64,000 nucleotides of DNA from an uncultured virus (IMG/VR IMGVR_UViG_3300033121_001607) (lineage: Duplodnaviria; Heunggongvirae; Uroviricota; Caudoviricetes): IMG/VR virus record IMGVR_UViG_3300033121_001607; one strand, 5' to 3'. Below are positions 34,216 through 44,800 of this stretch, piece after piece. The notes under the pieces were generated by a model. That model did no database searches and was not told the DNA's origin. It saw nothing but the letters and a program-made list of their open reading frames with translations. Numbering within the stretch: the first letter of the stretch is position 1; each line of letters begins with the position of its first letter. Position numbers and translations under genes: made by a program.

Positions 34216-37200
34216 TTAACCTCCGCCTCCGCTACCTGTTCCTGAAGTAATATCGTCGTTAGGCGCGGAAAATGCACCGCCAACAGACCCTCCGCCTCCA
34301 TTAGATCCAAGATCGCCTGCGCCTCCAATAAGAGATTCCGGCAAGACGCCATCAACATTTAGCTCGCTACCAAAAGAGCCGATATTTGAAGACGTAGAAT
34401 TATCCGTATCTCTTGCCCAATCTTTGTAAGAACCAAAGCTGCCAAAAACAGCCTTATTAACCAACTCGGTTGGGTTCAGAAGAATAACTCTAAAAGGAGG
34501 AACAGCAAACGGTTGTTCGCTCGTTGTGCCATCAGCATTTGTTACTTGAACAACTCTTGCGCCCTCATAAATCTGGGACAAAAATCTTTCTATACCATAC
34601 AAAGTCGAAGCAACATTGTCCTTTGAAAAACCCGTAAGAGCGGTTATTTGTCCGTCTGAATTTCTTTCAACAGCAAGTAAACTGGTTCTGCTATCCTCAA
34701 ATTTAGTCTTAGCCAAATCAGCGCCAGCCTTATGAGCGTTCCTGTCGTTATAAGCTGGCAAAACAAGAGAGGAGATATCAACTGCTGGTTTTTCTGAAAT
34801 ACTCACCTTATTCATCCTCTTACCGTCAATAAACAGAGAGACGGCAGATATATAGTTTGTATCGGCCCATCCGCCATACCTGGCCTTATATCTCTTATAC
34901 TGATTTGCAACAGTAATAACTGAGTTGAGTTTTTGCTTAACATCAAAACATACAAATTTTCTAAATCTATCTTGACTCGTACTAAATCTATATCCTATAA
35001 ACTGTTTTTCGCCATTTACATAAACTGTTGGTATAATTTCACTTTTATTTTCCCAATGCAAAGATAGCCTACCAGGCCTATCCGATATAAAAAGCTTATC
35101 CTCGGAACCAACAAAAAGTTTATTATCTATAATATCAAGAGACGTTGCTGGCAATATCTCGTTATTTACTCTAAGCTGAGAAAAAGCTTGCTCAAAAGCA
35201 ACAACGAGGTCTGTGTAAATGTCGCTATCAGAAATAGTTGCCATCAAGCCAGAATCGGTTGTTATGTAAATCCTATCATTCCATATAACCATCTTTCTTG
35301 ATATCAAAGAATTTTCCATAACTCCAATACGTTCAAAGAACTGAGAGGCAGGAGACTTCCTCCATAGCATATAATCCGTTATCGCAAATAAGTATCCATT
35401 TGAAGAAGCAAAAGCGAATATGGGTCTTTGTTCGGTAAACTCATCACTAAAAGTCCAAACAACACCGCTGTTATATGTTTCAAAAATACCAAGCTCATTA
35501 CTAACGATAATTCTTGACCTATCCTCGTCTCTAAGCATAACATACGCTTCAGTGCTTCTCGGCCCAAAAATGGGAGTTTGCTGGAAGAAGAATGAGCCTT
35601 GCCCAATATCTCTTCTTAGTTTATAAACACCTAAGTCGCTACTGCAAAAAACATTTCCATCTTCATCTTCGCAAATGTCTCGAATAATCTTTGCGTTTTC
35701 CACGCCGGCAACCTCGGTCCATATACTAAAATCACCAGCCTGTCCGCCTCTGCCAAACAATATACCTCTATTTGTTGCTGCAAAATATGTTTGATATCTC
35801 TTCGAGTAGAAGAATTTAATAACAGGGGTTATTGTTTCAAATCTTTTGTCCCAAGAAACCCCAAAATCTTCGCTTGTATAAATGCCATCGCTCGTTCCTG
35901 CAATCAAAACATCAGAATCTCCATACGCTTGCATTATGCAATAGAAAACAATTCCGTCTCCAAGATCTTCTTCCCCGTCAACAGGGGCGTAACGATAGCC
36001 GTCATCAACAGTCAAAGTTTTTATCTGAACAGGCTCAAGCCTTTCCTTAATTCTTCCGCCATGATTTATAGAAGGAATCTGAGCTTTTTCAAACACCCCA
36101 ACACCAACCTGCTGAGCGCTAACCCCATTAATCCTACTCTTAGGCAGAATATTCTGAACCTCTTCAAGATTAGAAAACTTAACTTCAACTGTTGGCGGCT
36201 CAGAAAAAGGAAAAACTTGCTCTGTTAACTCAAAGCCTGTTGCAGCAAGACGAACCTCAAAAGTCAAAGACCCTTCAATCTTATTGAGAGAGAACAAAAC
36301 GCCATAACTTGAAGCTTCTTCACCATTTAGATAAACCGAATAAACCGTTGTTTCCGAAATATCAGTTTCGGTAGTATATGTTTGATTATCCGAAGTTTCC
36401 CAATCAGAAACAGTAATAACGTCGCTAAGATTTATTCTTCTATCATTTTCTTCGTCTATATATTCGTGTTTATGAACAGCAAGCCTGTTTACAGTTTCAG
36501 TTCTTACTGGATCTTCGAGTTTGGCTATATTTCTAACACCAGAAAAATCAAACTCCGAAACTCCATTTTTGGTTACAACCTTACCTAACAAAATTGCATT
36601 ACTAACTTGTATATTACTTTCAGTAACAAACAAATCAGCTTCATTCCTGAACTTACGAACAATATAGTATGTTTTTCCTGTTTTTATCAAAGCATTGGCG
36701 TCAACGTAATAAGTAACAGCAGGCAAAACTGTTGATATAAGTTGAAAAGAAAACTTATTACCTATAGATCTGTATATCTCATAGCCATCAAATTGTCCCG
36801 TTGTTGGCTGCCATGTTAGTTGAACATTTTGTCCATTCAAAGAATAAGATAAAGCCTCCGGTGGATTCAACGTTGTTGAAGACGTTGGCCTCAAAGTAAT
36901 AAGAGCATAGTTAATATAACTATCATCAATTGGATTCAAAGATTCTTGACCAAACAAATCAACCGTTGTTACAAAATAGATATAGGTTGTTTCATTTTCA
37001 ACTTCATAATCCGTATACGAAAATGTTGTTGCAGAAACAGTCTCAATCAAAGAAAAATCACCAGGCTCAATTGAAACAGTATCAAAAGCCCTATAAACTC
37101 GATATCCGGCAACGGCCTCAGTTGGAGCAGCGCTCCATTGAATTGTATTCTGTTTATCTGCTGCAAAACCTATTTGCTGTCTTGGAGGAGGGGGCTTGGG

Positions 37201-38811
37201 AAGATCAACAAAATCAGCAAAATCAAACGAAATCGTTCTTGTCTGGCTTTGATTACCAAACTCATCAACACAGTATATATCAAAACGATATCTATTATTC
37301 GCCAATGCATAAGACGAACTTAAACTATAAATAGTAGAACGACCAACATTGAGTTGATTAATTATAATAGTATCCGTAAGAGTTCCCAAATCTGTTCTTG
37401 TTATAGAAAGAACATTATGATTAAATATTGACTGAGAATTCTCCCATCTCAAAACAAGACTTCTATCAGGTTTATCCGTTACAAAGAGAGATTGAACCGC
37501 TTCTGGTGCTTGAAAAGTTCTAGTAAAATGACGAACCTTTTTACCCAAACTACGAACTCCATTAGCGTCAACATTTCTAACTGTAACATAATACAATGTT
37601 CTGGACTCTATGGATTTATAAAATGTTTGGCCGCTATTCTTGTAAGGAAAAATCTCAATTGAACGATACGGAATACCCGCAAGGGTTGGAATCCAATCCG
37701 AAGTTACAACTGTTCCGTCTGACCTATACTCTTCTATCAATATTTCGGCAGCGCCGGTAAAGTTCAAATACGGATCTGTATAAGAAATCCAAGATATATT
37801 GATACCGTTCGTTGACGCTCCTGAATCAGAAGCATAATCAGCAATTTCAACCTGAACAACATCAGGCGGGCCGTCTAGTTCAATAGGCAAACCAAGCCTT
37901 GTAACTCCCTCAGATTCAATATCCCAACGAGTAACTGCTTTCAAAACAATAAGATACCTTTGGCCGTTCTCAAGACCATCAATACTAATATCAACTTTGG
38001 AAGAATCAACCTCATATACGGATTGTTCCCCTGTTGGCATCCTTTCTTCATTTACCGGAGTTATGTAAACTCTGTATGCAAAAACACTTCCATATGGAGC
38101 GGAATTCCAAGAAATATGAACAACATTGTTTGAATTATCAATTTTAACATTACTTGGATTAGCAGGAACGCTTAGATCCTTTTCGGTTATAACAAGAAGA
38201 GGTGTTGAAAAAGAACTTGCATTTCCGCTAAAATCATATGCTTTTACTTTGTAATAATATATTGAATTTTCTTCTAGATCTGTATCGCTAAACTCATTAG
38301 AGGATATTTCTGAAACAATAGAATACGAAATATTATCTCTACTTCTATATATTTCGTAAACATCAAAATCAGCTTCTGAACTAGCTGCCCAAGTTATTGT
38401 TACAGAATCAATCGACTTTGTAACAACATAAAGACCTAATGGTTGAGCAGGAGGAGTTGAATCGGTATAATCAATCGAAATAAAATTAGAAAAGGCGCTA
38501 ATCTGACCAATAACGCCAGGCCTCATTCTCATCCACACATATACAGTGCTATTATCAAGTAATGATTTCTTATAATCTCCAAACGTTCTAACAATATATC
38601 TGTCAATCATCCCCCAGCCGCTCGAAACATTTAAGGTCAAAGAAGACGGAGTTGATAAATCCCAGCCTTCTATAATACCAGGACCAACAAGGTCAGAGAT
38701 AAAGGCCATATGCGAATCTATACTCGTAAATCTGCGGGTATCTACAATTTCAGAGTAGATATCACCAGTTATAAATGCTTCAAGTCCGAAATGTGGTGTT
38801 CTAACAGGCAT
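34216..38811 (-). CDS. 1531-aa putative tail/fibre protein with FN3 repeats and a BNR-type propeller
   Basis: N-terminal RTPHFGL...GPGIIEGW resembling phage fibre attachment ends; several FN3 repeats (YEIYRS...YYYKVKAYDFSGNAS); Asp-box YTSEDFGVSW; Gly-rich C-terminal tail. Confidence 0.8.
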   Translation of the reverse strand: MPVRTPHFGLEAFITGDIYSEIVDTRRFTSIDSHMAFISDLVGPGIIEGWDLSTPSSLTLNVSSGWGMIDRYIVRTFGDYKKSLLDNSTVYVWMRMRPGVIGQISAFSNFISIDYTDSTPPAQPLGLYVVTKSIDSVTITWAASSEADFDVYEIYRSRDNISYSIVSEISSNEFSDTDLEENSIYYYKVKAYDFSGNASSFSTPLLVITEKDLSVPANPSNVKIDNSNNVVHISWNSAPYGSVFAYRVYITPVNEERMPTGEQSVYEVDSSKVDISIDGLENGQRYLIVLKAVTRWDIESEGVTRLGLPIELDGPPDVVQVEIADYASDSGASTNGINISWISYTDPYLNFTGAAEILIEEYRSDGTVVTSDWIPTLAGIPYRSIEIFPYKNSGQTFYKSIESRTLYYVTVRNVDANGVRSLGKKVRHFTRTFQAPEAVQSLFVTDKPDRSLVLRWENSQSIFNHNVLSITRTDLGTLTDTIIINQLNVGRSTIYSLSSSYALANNRYRFDIYCVDEFGNQSQTRTISFDFADFVDLPKPPPPRQQIGFAADKQNTIQWSAAPTEAVAGYRVYRAFDTVSIEPGDFSLIETVSATTFSYTDYEVENETTYIYFVTTVDLFGQESLNPIDDSYINYALITLRPTSSTTLNPPEALSYSLNGQNVQLTWQPTTGQFDGYEIYRSIGNKFSFQLISTVLPAVTYYVDANALIKTGKTYYIVRKFRNEADLFVTESNIQVSNAILLGKVVTKNGVSEFDFSGVRNIAKLEDPVRTETVNRLAVHKHEYIDEENDRRINLSDVITVSDWETSDNQTYTTETDISETTVYSVYLNGEEASSYGVLFSLNKIEGSLTFEVRLAATGFELTEQVFPFSEPPTVEVKFSNLEEVQNILPKSRINGVSAQQVGVGVFEKAQIPSINHGGRIKERLEPVQIKTLTVDDGYRYAPVDGEEDLGDGIVFYCIMQAYGDSDVLIAGTSDGIYTSEDFGVSWDKRFETITPVIKFFYSKRYQTYFAATNRGILFGRGGQAGDFSIWTEVAGVENAKIIRDICEDEDGNVFCSSDLGVYKLRRDIGQGSFFFQQTPIFGPRSTEAYVMLRDEDRSRIIVSNELGIFETYNSGVVWTFSDEFTEQRPIFAFASSNGYLFAITDYMLWRKSPASQFFERIGVMENSLISRKMVIWNDRIYITTDSGLMATISDSDIYTDLVVAFEQAFSQLRVNNEILPATSLDIIDNKLFVGSEDKLFISDRPGRLSLHWENKSEIIPTVYVNGEKQFIGYRFSTSQDRFRKFVCFDVKQKLNSVITVANQYKRYKARYGGWADTNYISAVSLFIDGKRMNKVSISEKPAVDISSLVLPAYNDRNAHKAGADLAKTKFEDSRTSLLAVERNSDGQITALTGFSKDNVASTLYGIERFLSQIYEGARVVQVTNADGTTSEQPFAVPPFRVILLNPTELVNKAVFGSFGSYKDWARDTDNSTSSNIGSFGSELNVDGVLPESLIGGAGDLGSNGGGGSVGGAFSAPNDDITSGTGSGGGG

Positions 38812-41800
38812 TTAGATCTTAACTCTCATACTAACAAACTCATTATTTTCAAGTTCAAACATAATAGAAAAATTCTTTACTACGGGAACGTCGGCATATG
38901 AACCGCAATAAACCTGAGAAGCAGTATCATTCGCCTTAAAGGTAAACGAGTTACTATTATTTTCAAAAACTTCTCCATTAAAAACGTCTATAGACAAGTA
39001 ATAAATCTTAGCTGCATCAATATTTGAAAGCAAAGGTGTATAGTTTATCGTCGTTGTTTGACCAGGATTTAGCGTCTTGCCCGAAACGGCCAAAGAAGAC
39101 TCGTCCGCGAACCAATTGGCGATGTCATTTCCGCTAAACGCTGTATGCTTAAGATCTGTTCTTTCAGGATCATTATAGAATCTTACTCTGAAATGATAAG
39201 TCTCAATATTAGCCGTTATGTTGGTAAAGTCAAAACTTATTGTATCAACATAAGTTGTTCCGCATGATTGTATAAATGAATAATTATCATAAACAGTCAA
39301 GGTTTCAACTTCGTTAGTCATCTCTATTTTAACATAGTAATATGTATTACATCGAAGAGGGGTATTTCCTATTGGAGTAAAGGACATTGACGTAGTATCA
39401 TTTGATGGTAAAACAACCCCACCAGTTGGGAATATATCGCCATCGGAGCTAAAGCCAACGTAAGAATCGCTACTATCAGCATAGTAAACAAGACTTGTCA
39501 ATCCTGGATCTTCGTAGAAACTAACTTTGAAATTACAAGTTCTTTCAAGATTATCTTCATTCTTGAATGACCATTCAACAGCGTTCAGCAAAAGGGGCAA
39601 TCCATACGGACTATACTCTTCTGGAACAAGACCAGAAGCTTCCGCCTTTGTTGGAGTAATAAGTCTTACACCCACTCTAAGGCCGCTACCAATCTGAGAA
39701 TCGTCGGTTGTGAAAATTCTATTCTCGTCAACTATTTGATACTCTGCAAAATCGGTAGAGTTGTTCGTGTTGATACCAAAAACAACGTCGGCGGAAACTG
39801 GGAGCAATTTAGTTGAAGTCACTATTCCGCTCTTAACTCTACTTGGAAGCACAAAGTTTGTGGTAAAGAAGTGAGTTGAATCGCTAGAAATACTCTTGAT
39901 TATAACATTTCTCAAAGACGGGCTCAGTCCTCTAATTCTACTCTTCATAACAACCTTGAACTGTATAAACTGACCAGTCAAGAATGATATATCAGAACTC
40001 TGATCTTTTCCGTCAATAGAAAACTCAAAAGCCTTATCAAGCAACTCGTCCTTCGTTGCGGCTGTCTTAACATAAATAGTAATGCTTGTATTATCCGGTA
40101 TAGTTGCGTCCCACGATATCTTATCCCAAGCAACAAGATTATTTGTTCCGTTAAAGATTTCGCTAAAATATTCGCCGCTCTCTTCTTCAACTATATCAGC
40201 CGAATAGAACCTATCATTTCCTTCTCTTATTGCAACTGAATTTCCAAACTCGTCTATCTTAAGAACTCTGTTGCGATTAATAAATGATGCAAGATCAGAT
40301 ATGGAAATCTCGTCAAAGAGATTCTCATTGAGAGTTGACTGAGTATCGTCAGTATAAAGATTGGTTTCATTGCCAGCCCTGTCAATGAGCTTCAAGTAAA
40401 CTCTCTTGACATTTTCAGCCCTTCCAATCTTGTAGATGTAAGAGTCAGAAACAAACCAAACGGCGCTATCAAGACCGCCAATAACGTCTCGAACTTGCTC
40501 ATTATGGGTATACTTTGCATTCCATACATTGTCCAATGCGTAAACAGTATTACCTATAGCTGCATAAAGCTTGTCAGAAATAGTCCTGATAGAATGAACC
40601 GCTGAAGGAACGGTCTTAAAGGAGTGAACAAAAGGAGAATCAGGGACTTTAGATCTCTTAATCTGACCATTCGCTGACATTCCAGCAAATATGTATCCTT
40701 GTCCGTTGACAGAAGCCTTACCGATACTCAAAACGTTTCTATCAGCATTGACATCAACAATTTGCTGAGTACGATTCTTTGGATCAAGCTTATATATGCG
40801 ACCCTCATATCCTGTTGCCGCATAAAGTTCTCTATCCGATTCAACAAGAGAATATATAGCTCCACTTATGTTTCTAAATACTTCGGTTGTTGTGGTTCCG
40901 TCAAAAGAATACAAAGCTCCGTAGCCCCCGCCACCGCCGCCAAAGTAAAGAACTTCATCAAAGATAACAGCGCAATAAGCGTGAGTGTTAGAAGGAAGAG
41001 TTCGAAGCAAATCAAACTTCATGGTTGACGGATTCATAACCCATAGCTTTCCAGAGCCATTAGGGCTACCAGTTCCGGCATATATTCTGCCCTGATACTC
41101 AATAAGAAATTCAACAGAAGCGCTTGGATTCGCAACACCGCCAACAACATCTAATGTATCTATAAGATCCCATGTCTGATCAATACCATTGTAACGATAA
41201 ACATTGGCTGGCTCGGCTGTTCCCGCCATCATTGCTTGATTTCCGCCAACAGGCTGATAGCTTAGCAGTCTACGTCCCTTGCCGCTTTTAAAGGTAAACT
41301 GTCTACTTACGCTATCAAATATTTCTCCAATATTATGCAATAAAAATCTTGTAAAAACAATAGGCTCTAATGGTGTTTCTCCATCTGAAGTGAAATTGGT
41401 AAAATTAGAAACAACCATCTTATCAATACCGGAAACGTCGTCAAATACGCCTTCTGTATCATCTTCGAGAGGCGATACGTTTACCTCAAATACACTTCTT
41501 TCTCTTCTTGTTCCAAGAGTAATTTTTCCTCTTGGCGGAGTTCTATCAAGAATGATTTTATCAAATGGAAGGTCGCTAATGGAATCGTTTATCTGAAGAG
41601 TGTTTATGTCGCCTCCAGTTAATGCAAAAATACTTCCGCTTGACGATACAAGCTTCTCTAGTCTTGTTGCCTTATTGCCAAGAGCGATTTGCTGCGCTTT
41701 ATTTTGAGCAAAAGTTCCAATCTTTTCAATATCAAAACGAACATTAACTTTAATGATATCTGTTTCTGAAATAGGATAGTTAAATCTCAACAGTTTATCA

Positions 41801-44800
41801 TTAGGAGAAAACGAGTATCCTCTGGTTATTTTATTACCATTCAAAATAATTTCATATACCGTATTCTTGGAAATTATTCTATCATCAAGACCAACGACTC
41901 GGAATGTCTGCAAATCATCGTTTCTCTTTGGAGAAACAGAATTTAGAGTAAAATCTGAACTTCTAAACTTAGTTATTTCTGTTCTTTCGGTTGTAAATGA
42001 TTCTTCTGTAAATGTTATTTGGAATAAATTATAGCTAGAAGCTATCCACAAAATATTAGGGTTTTTCCATCTAATAGCTTTTGCATTTACAAAAATAGGG
42101 AGATTCACTTCGCCAACACCAGTCTGTATTGCAGAAGCAGGCGGAGCATTGGTGTTATCGAAATTTAATGAAGAGATTCCGACACCGATCATTTTATTTA
42201 TACCCGCCGTTGTGGCTATATACCTAATAGCTGTATTGCGAATTGCTATATCATTAATTTTGTTAGAATTAAGACCGTTTGCTGTAGTAAAGACAGAAAT
42301 TTCTCCGCCATTATAACGAATAAGTCCTTCTTCAGAACCAATCCAAGCAACATTTGAGGCGTCAATCTTTACTGTTGTAATTTTATTGGTTGGCAATCCC
42401 GAATTCTGATCAACCTTGATTATGTCATCATCAGAAACTACAATAGTTCTTGAAGTTGTTGCATTTTCTTTTGTCAAAACAAAATTTGAATATATATCAT
42501 TTAGCCTGACAATATACAATCCTTCATCAGAAGCAATATACAAGTTGTTAAGCCCGTCAATATCAACACAAACAGGTCTCGCTGGTAAGTTTCCAGAAAG
42601 TTTGAAAAAATAAGAATGATCAGTGCTTGCGTAAATCCCGCTAGAAGTTGATAAAAACATATTGGCTTTTTTATCAAAAGAAATAGAGTTTACAGAAAGA
42701 CCCTTGATATTATAGTTATCAGAATCAAGTAGGTAAGCCTTGCTTGCGTCTCTATCATAATACATCAAGCCTGTTGACGTTCCAAGCCAAGAATCTCCGT
42801 TATTATTACTTGCAACAGCTAAAACCTCAGTCTTTGGCATATTGGTTGTTGCAGAAGAAACCAAGCTTATATTGAATGGATTTACAGCGTCCGACAAATA
42901 ATATCTAAAATTACCAATAACAAATCTACAAGCCAAATTGTCTGAAAAATCTCCAAACCTAAGTTCTTTCCTATTCAAATCACCGTCAAGCCTTCGCTCG
43001 CCAAAAACAGTTGTTTCATGATCAGAAGCGTTATAATCAGGAACAAAACTGAAGTCATAAATCAAATCTCTTACTTGGCTAAAAACGTCATTATTATGCA
43101 ATATTTCTCTTGGATTTGAAACTTGCAAGTTTTCAAAAAGAATATGCAAGTTACCGCTAAACTTAGAAGGTATATTAGGTCTAAAGACTTCTTTAGGCAA
43201 TCCAAAATCAAAATCGACATCAAACGACGTAACATAAGGAGAGGGCTTGTCTTGATTACTGCTATACCAAACTTGCGAAGAGGCGTCCCACTTTAGCATC
43301 GCAATAGACGGGCTTTTCAAGCTAACGTCGCTTGCTCTTGCTACATATGGGTCATAAGGAGAAACAATTTTTTCCTGTTGCTTTTCGAATACAACATAAA
43401 TATCTCCTGTAGCAGAATCAAGTCCCGCTTTAGGATGAGTGGAGTCGTACTCTCCGGTTGTAAGCTGCAAAACAGATTTTGCAAAAACCAATCTAGGGTT
43501 GATTTGTCTTCCAAAAAGCTGTATGTTATAATCAACAGTATCTTGCCAAACAACAAAAACTTGGCCTTTCAAGTCAATACAAATGGTAGAATTATCTGCT
43601 CGTACAGAGCCTGTACCAGAAACAGAAAAATCAAAGCCTCCTTGAGCCGCAGAATTCCACTTCTTTTGTCCGTCATCATAAACGGCCATTTTAATAGAAG
43701 AAGAACCATTCCTTTCAAAAGCCGTCCAAGACATATACAAAGAAGTATTATTGGAAATAATAGCAGGTCTTTTTGCTCCAACAGCTTCGCTTGTAACTTG
43801 AATATCCTGTTTACCAAAAACATCGCTTTCCCATTGCCCATTTGACGAATTCCTACGGCAATAGAAAATCTGAGGCTGAGAAGCTCTATGATCTTCCCAA
43901 ACAACATGGGCATTGTTCTTGTTATCAATAGTAATCTTTGGAGCAAATGAATCATACAAATTCGAAGTAAGCAAATACGGCTCAGACCATCCGTTTGAGT
44001 TCTTTATTATAACAGCAATATCTGTGTAATCAGATCTTGTTGTTTCATAAACAACATAAATATTGCCATAGCCGTCAACGGCTATATCGGGATTAGACGA
44101 GCTAAAATTATCAGATACAATAAGTTCCGGTTCTGACCATTCGGTATTAGCATTATAATAGCTATAGTAAAGTTGTCTTCTATTAACCCCTTTGCCATCG
44201 TCATGCCACACCGCATGAGTCTTTCCTGTAGAGTCAAAGAACACGGACGGTCTAGCAGCGTTTCCTTGATTGGTTGCAGAGAGCTTTATTGTTGTTTCAG
44301 CAATTAATTTATAAGACTGATCGCTTGCCTTCTTTCCATAAAGCTTAATTCTTGTTTTCTTTCCAATTAATCTATAATCAGTCAACTCAGTCGTATCATA
44401 TAAGAATGATCTTTCTGCGCCTTCAAATATAATTTCTTGAGGCAAGAACCATATGTTTTCACTACACAATCCGTCATTAACATAAAGGCCTGTTCCTTTT
44501 GGTTTACCCGTATTAGACGGCGTATCGCTATCTTCAAAATCGTCTATTCTAAAGCTAAAATCGATTGTCCATCCGGTGGAATTATCGACCCTCTCAAACC
44601 AAGGCGTACCCTTTTTCCTATGACAGTAGAACCATTTACCAGTAGAGTATGTTCCATATGGGTTTGGATTATAAGTATCTGTAACTTGATAATTGCCTCT
44701 AAGCGTCAAGCTAGGGAATAATGCGGTTCTTGAAATAGCGTCCAATCTAGTCGCTGATTGAGAAGCAATAGAAATATCATTTGCAAAAACATCAAAGAAA

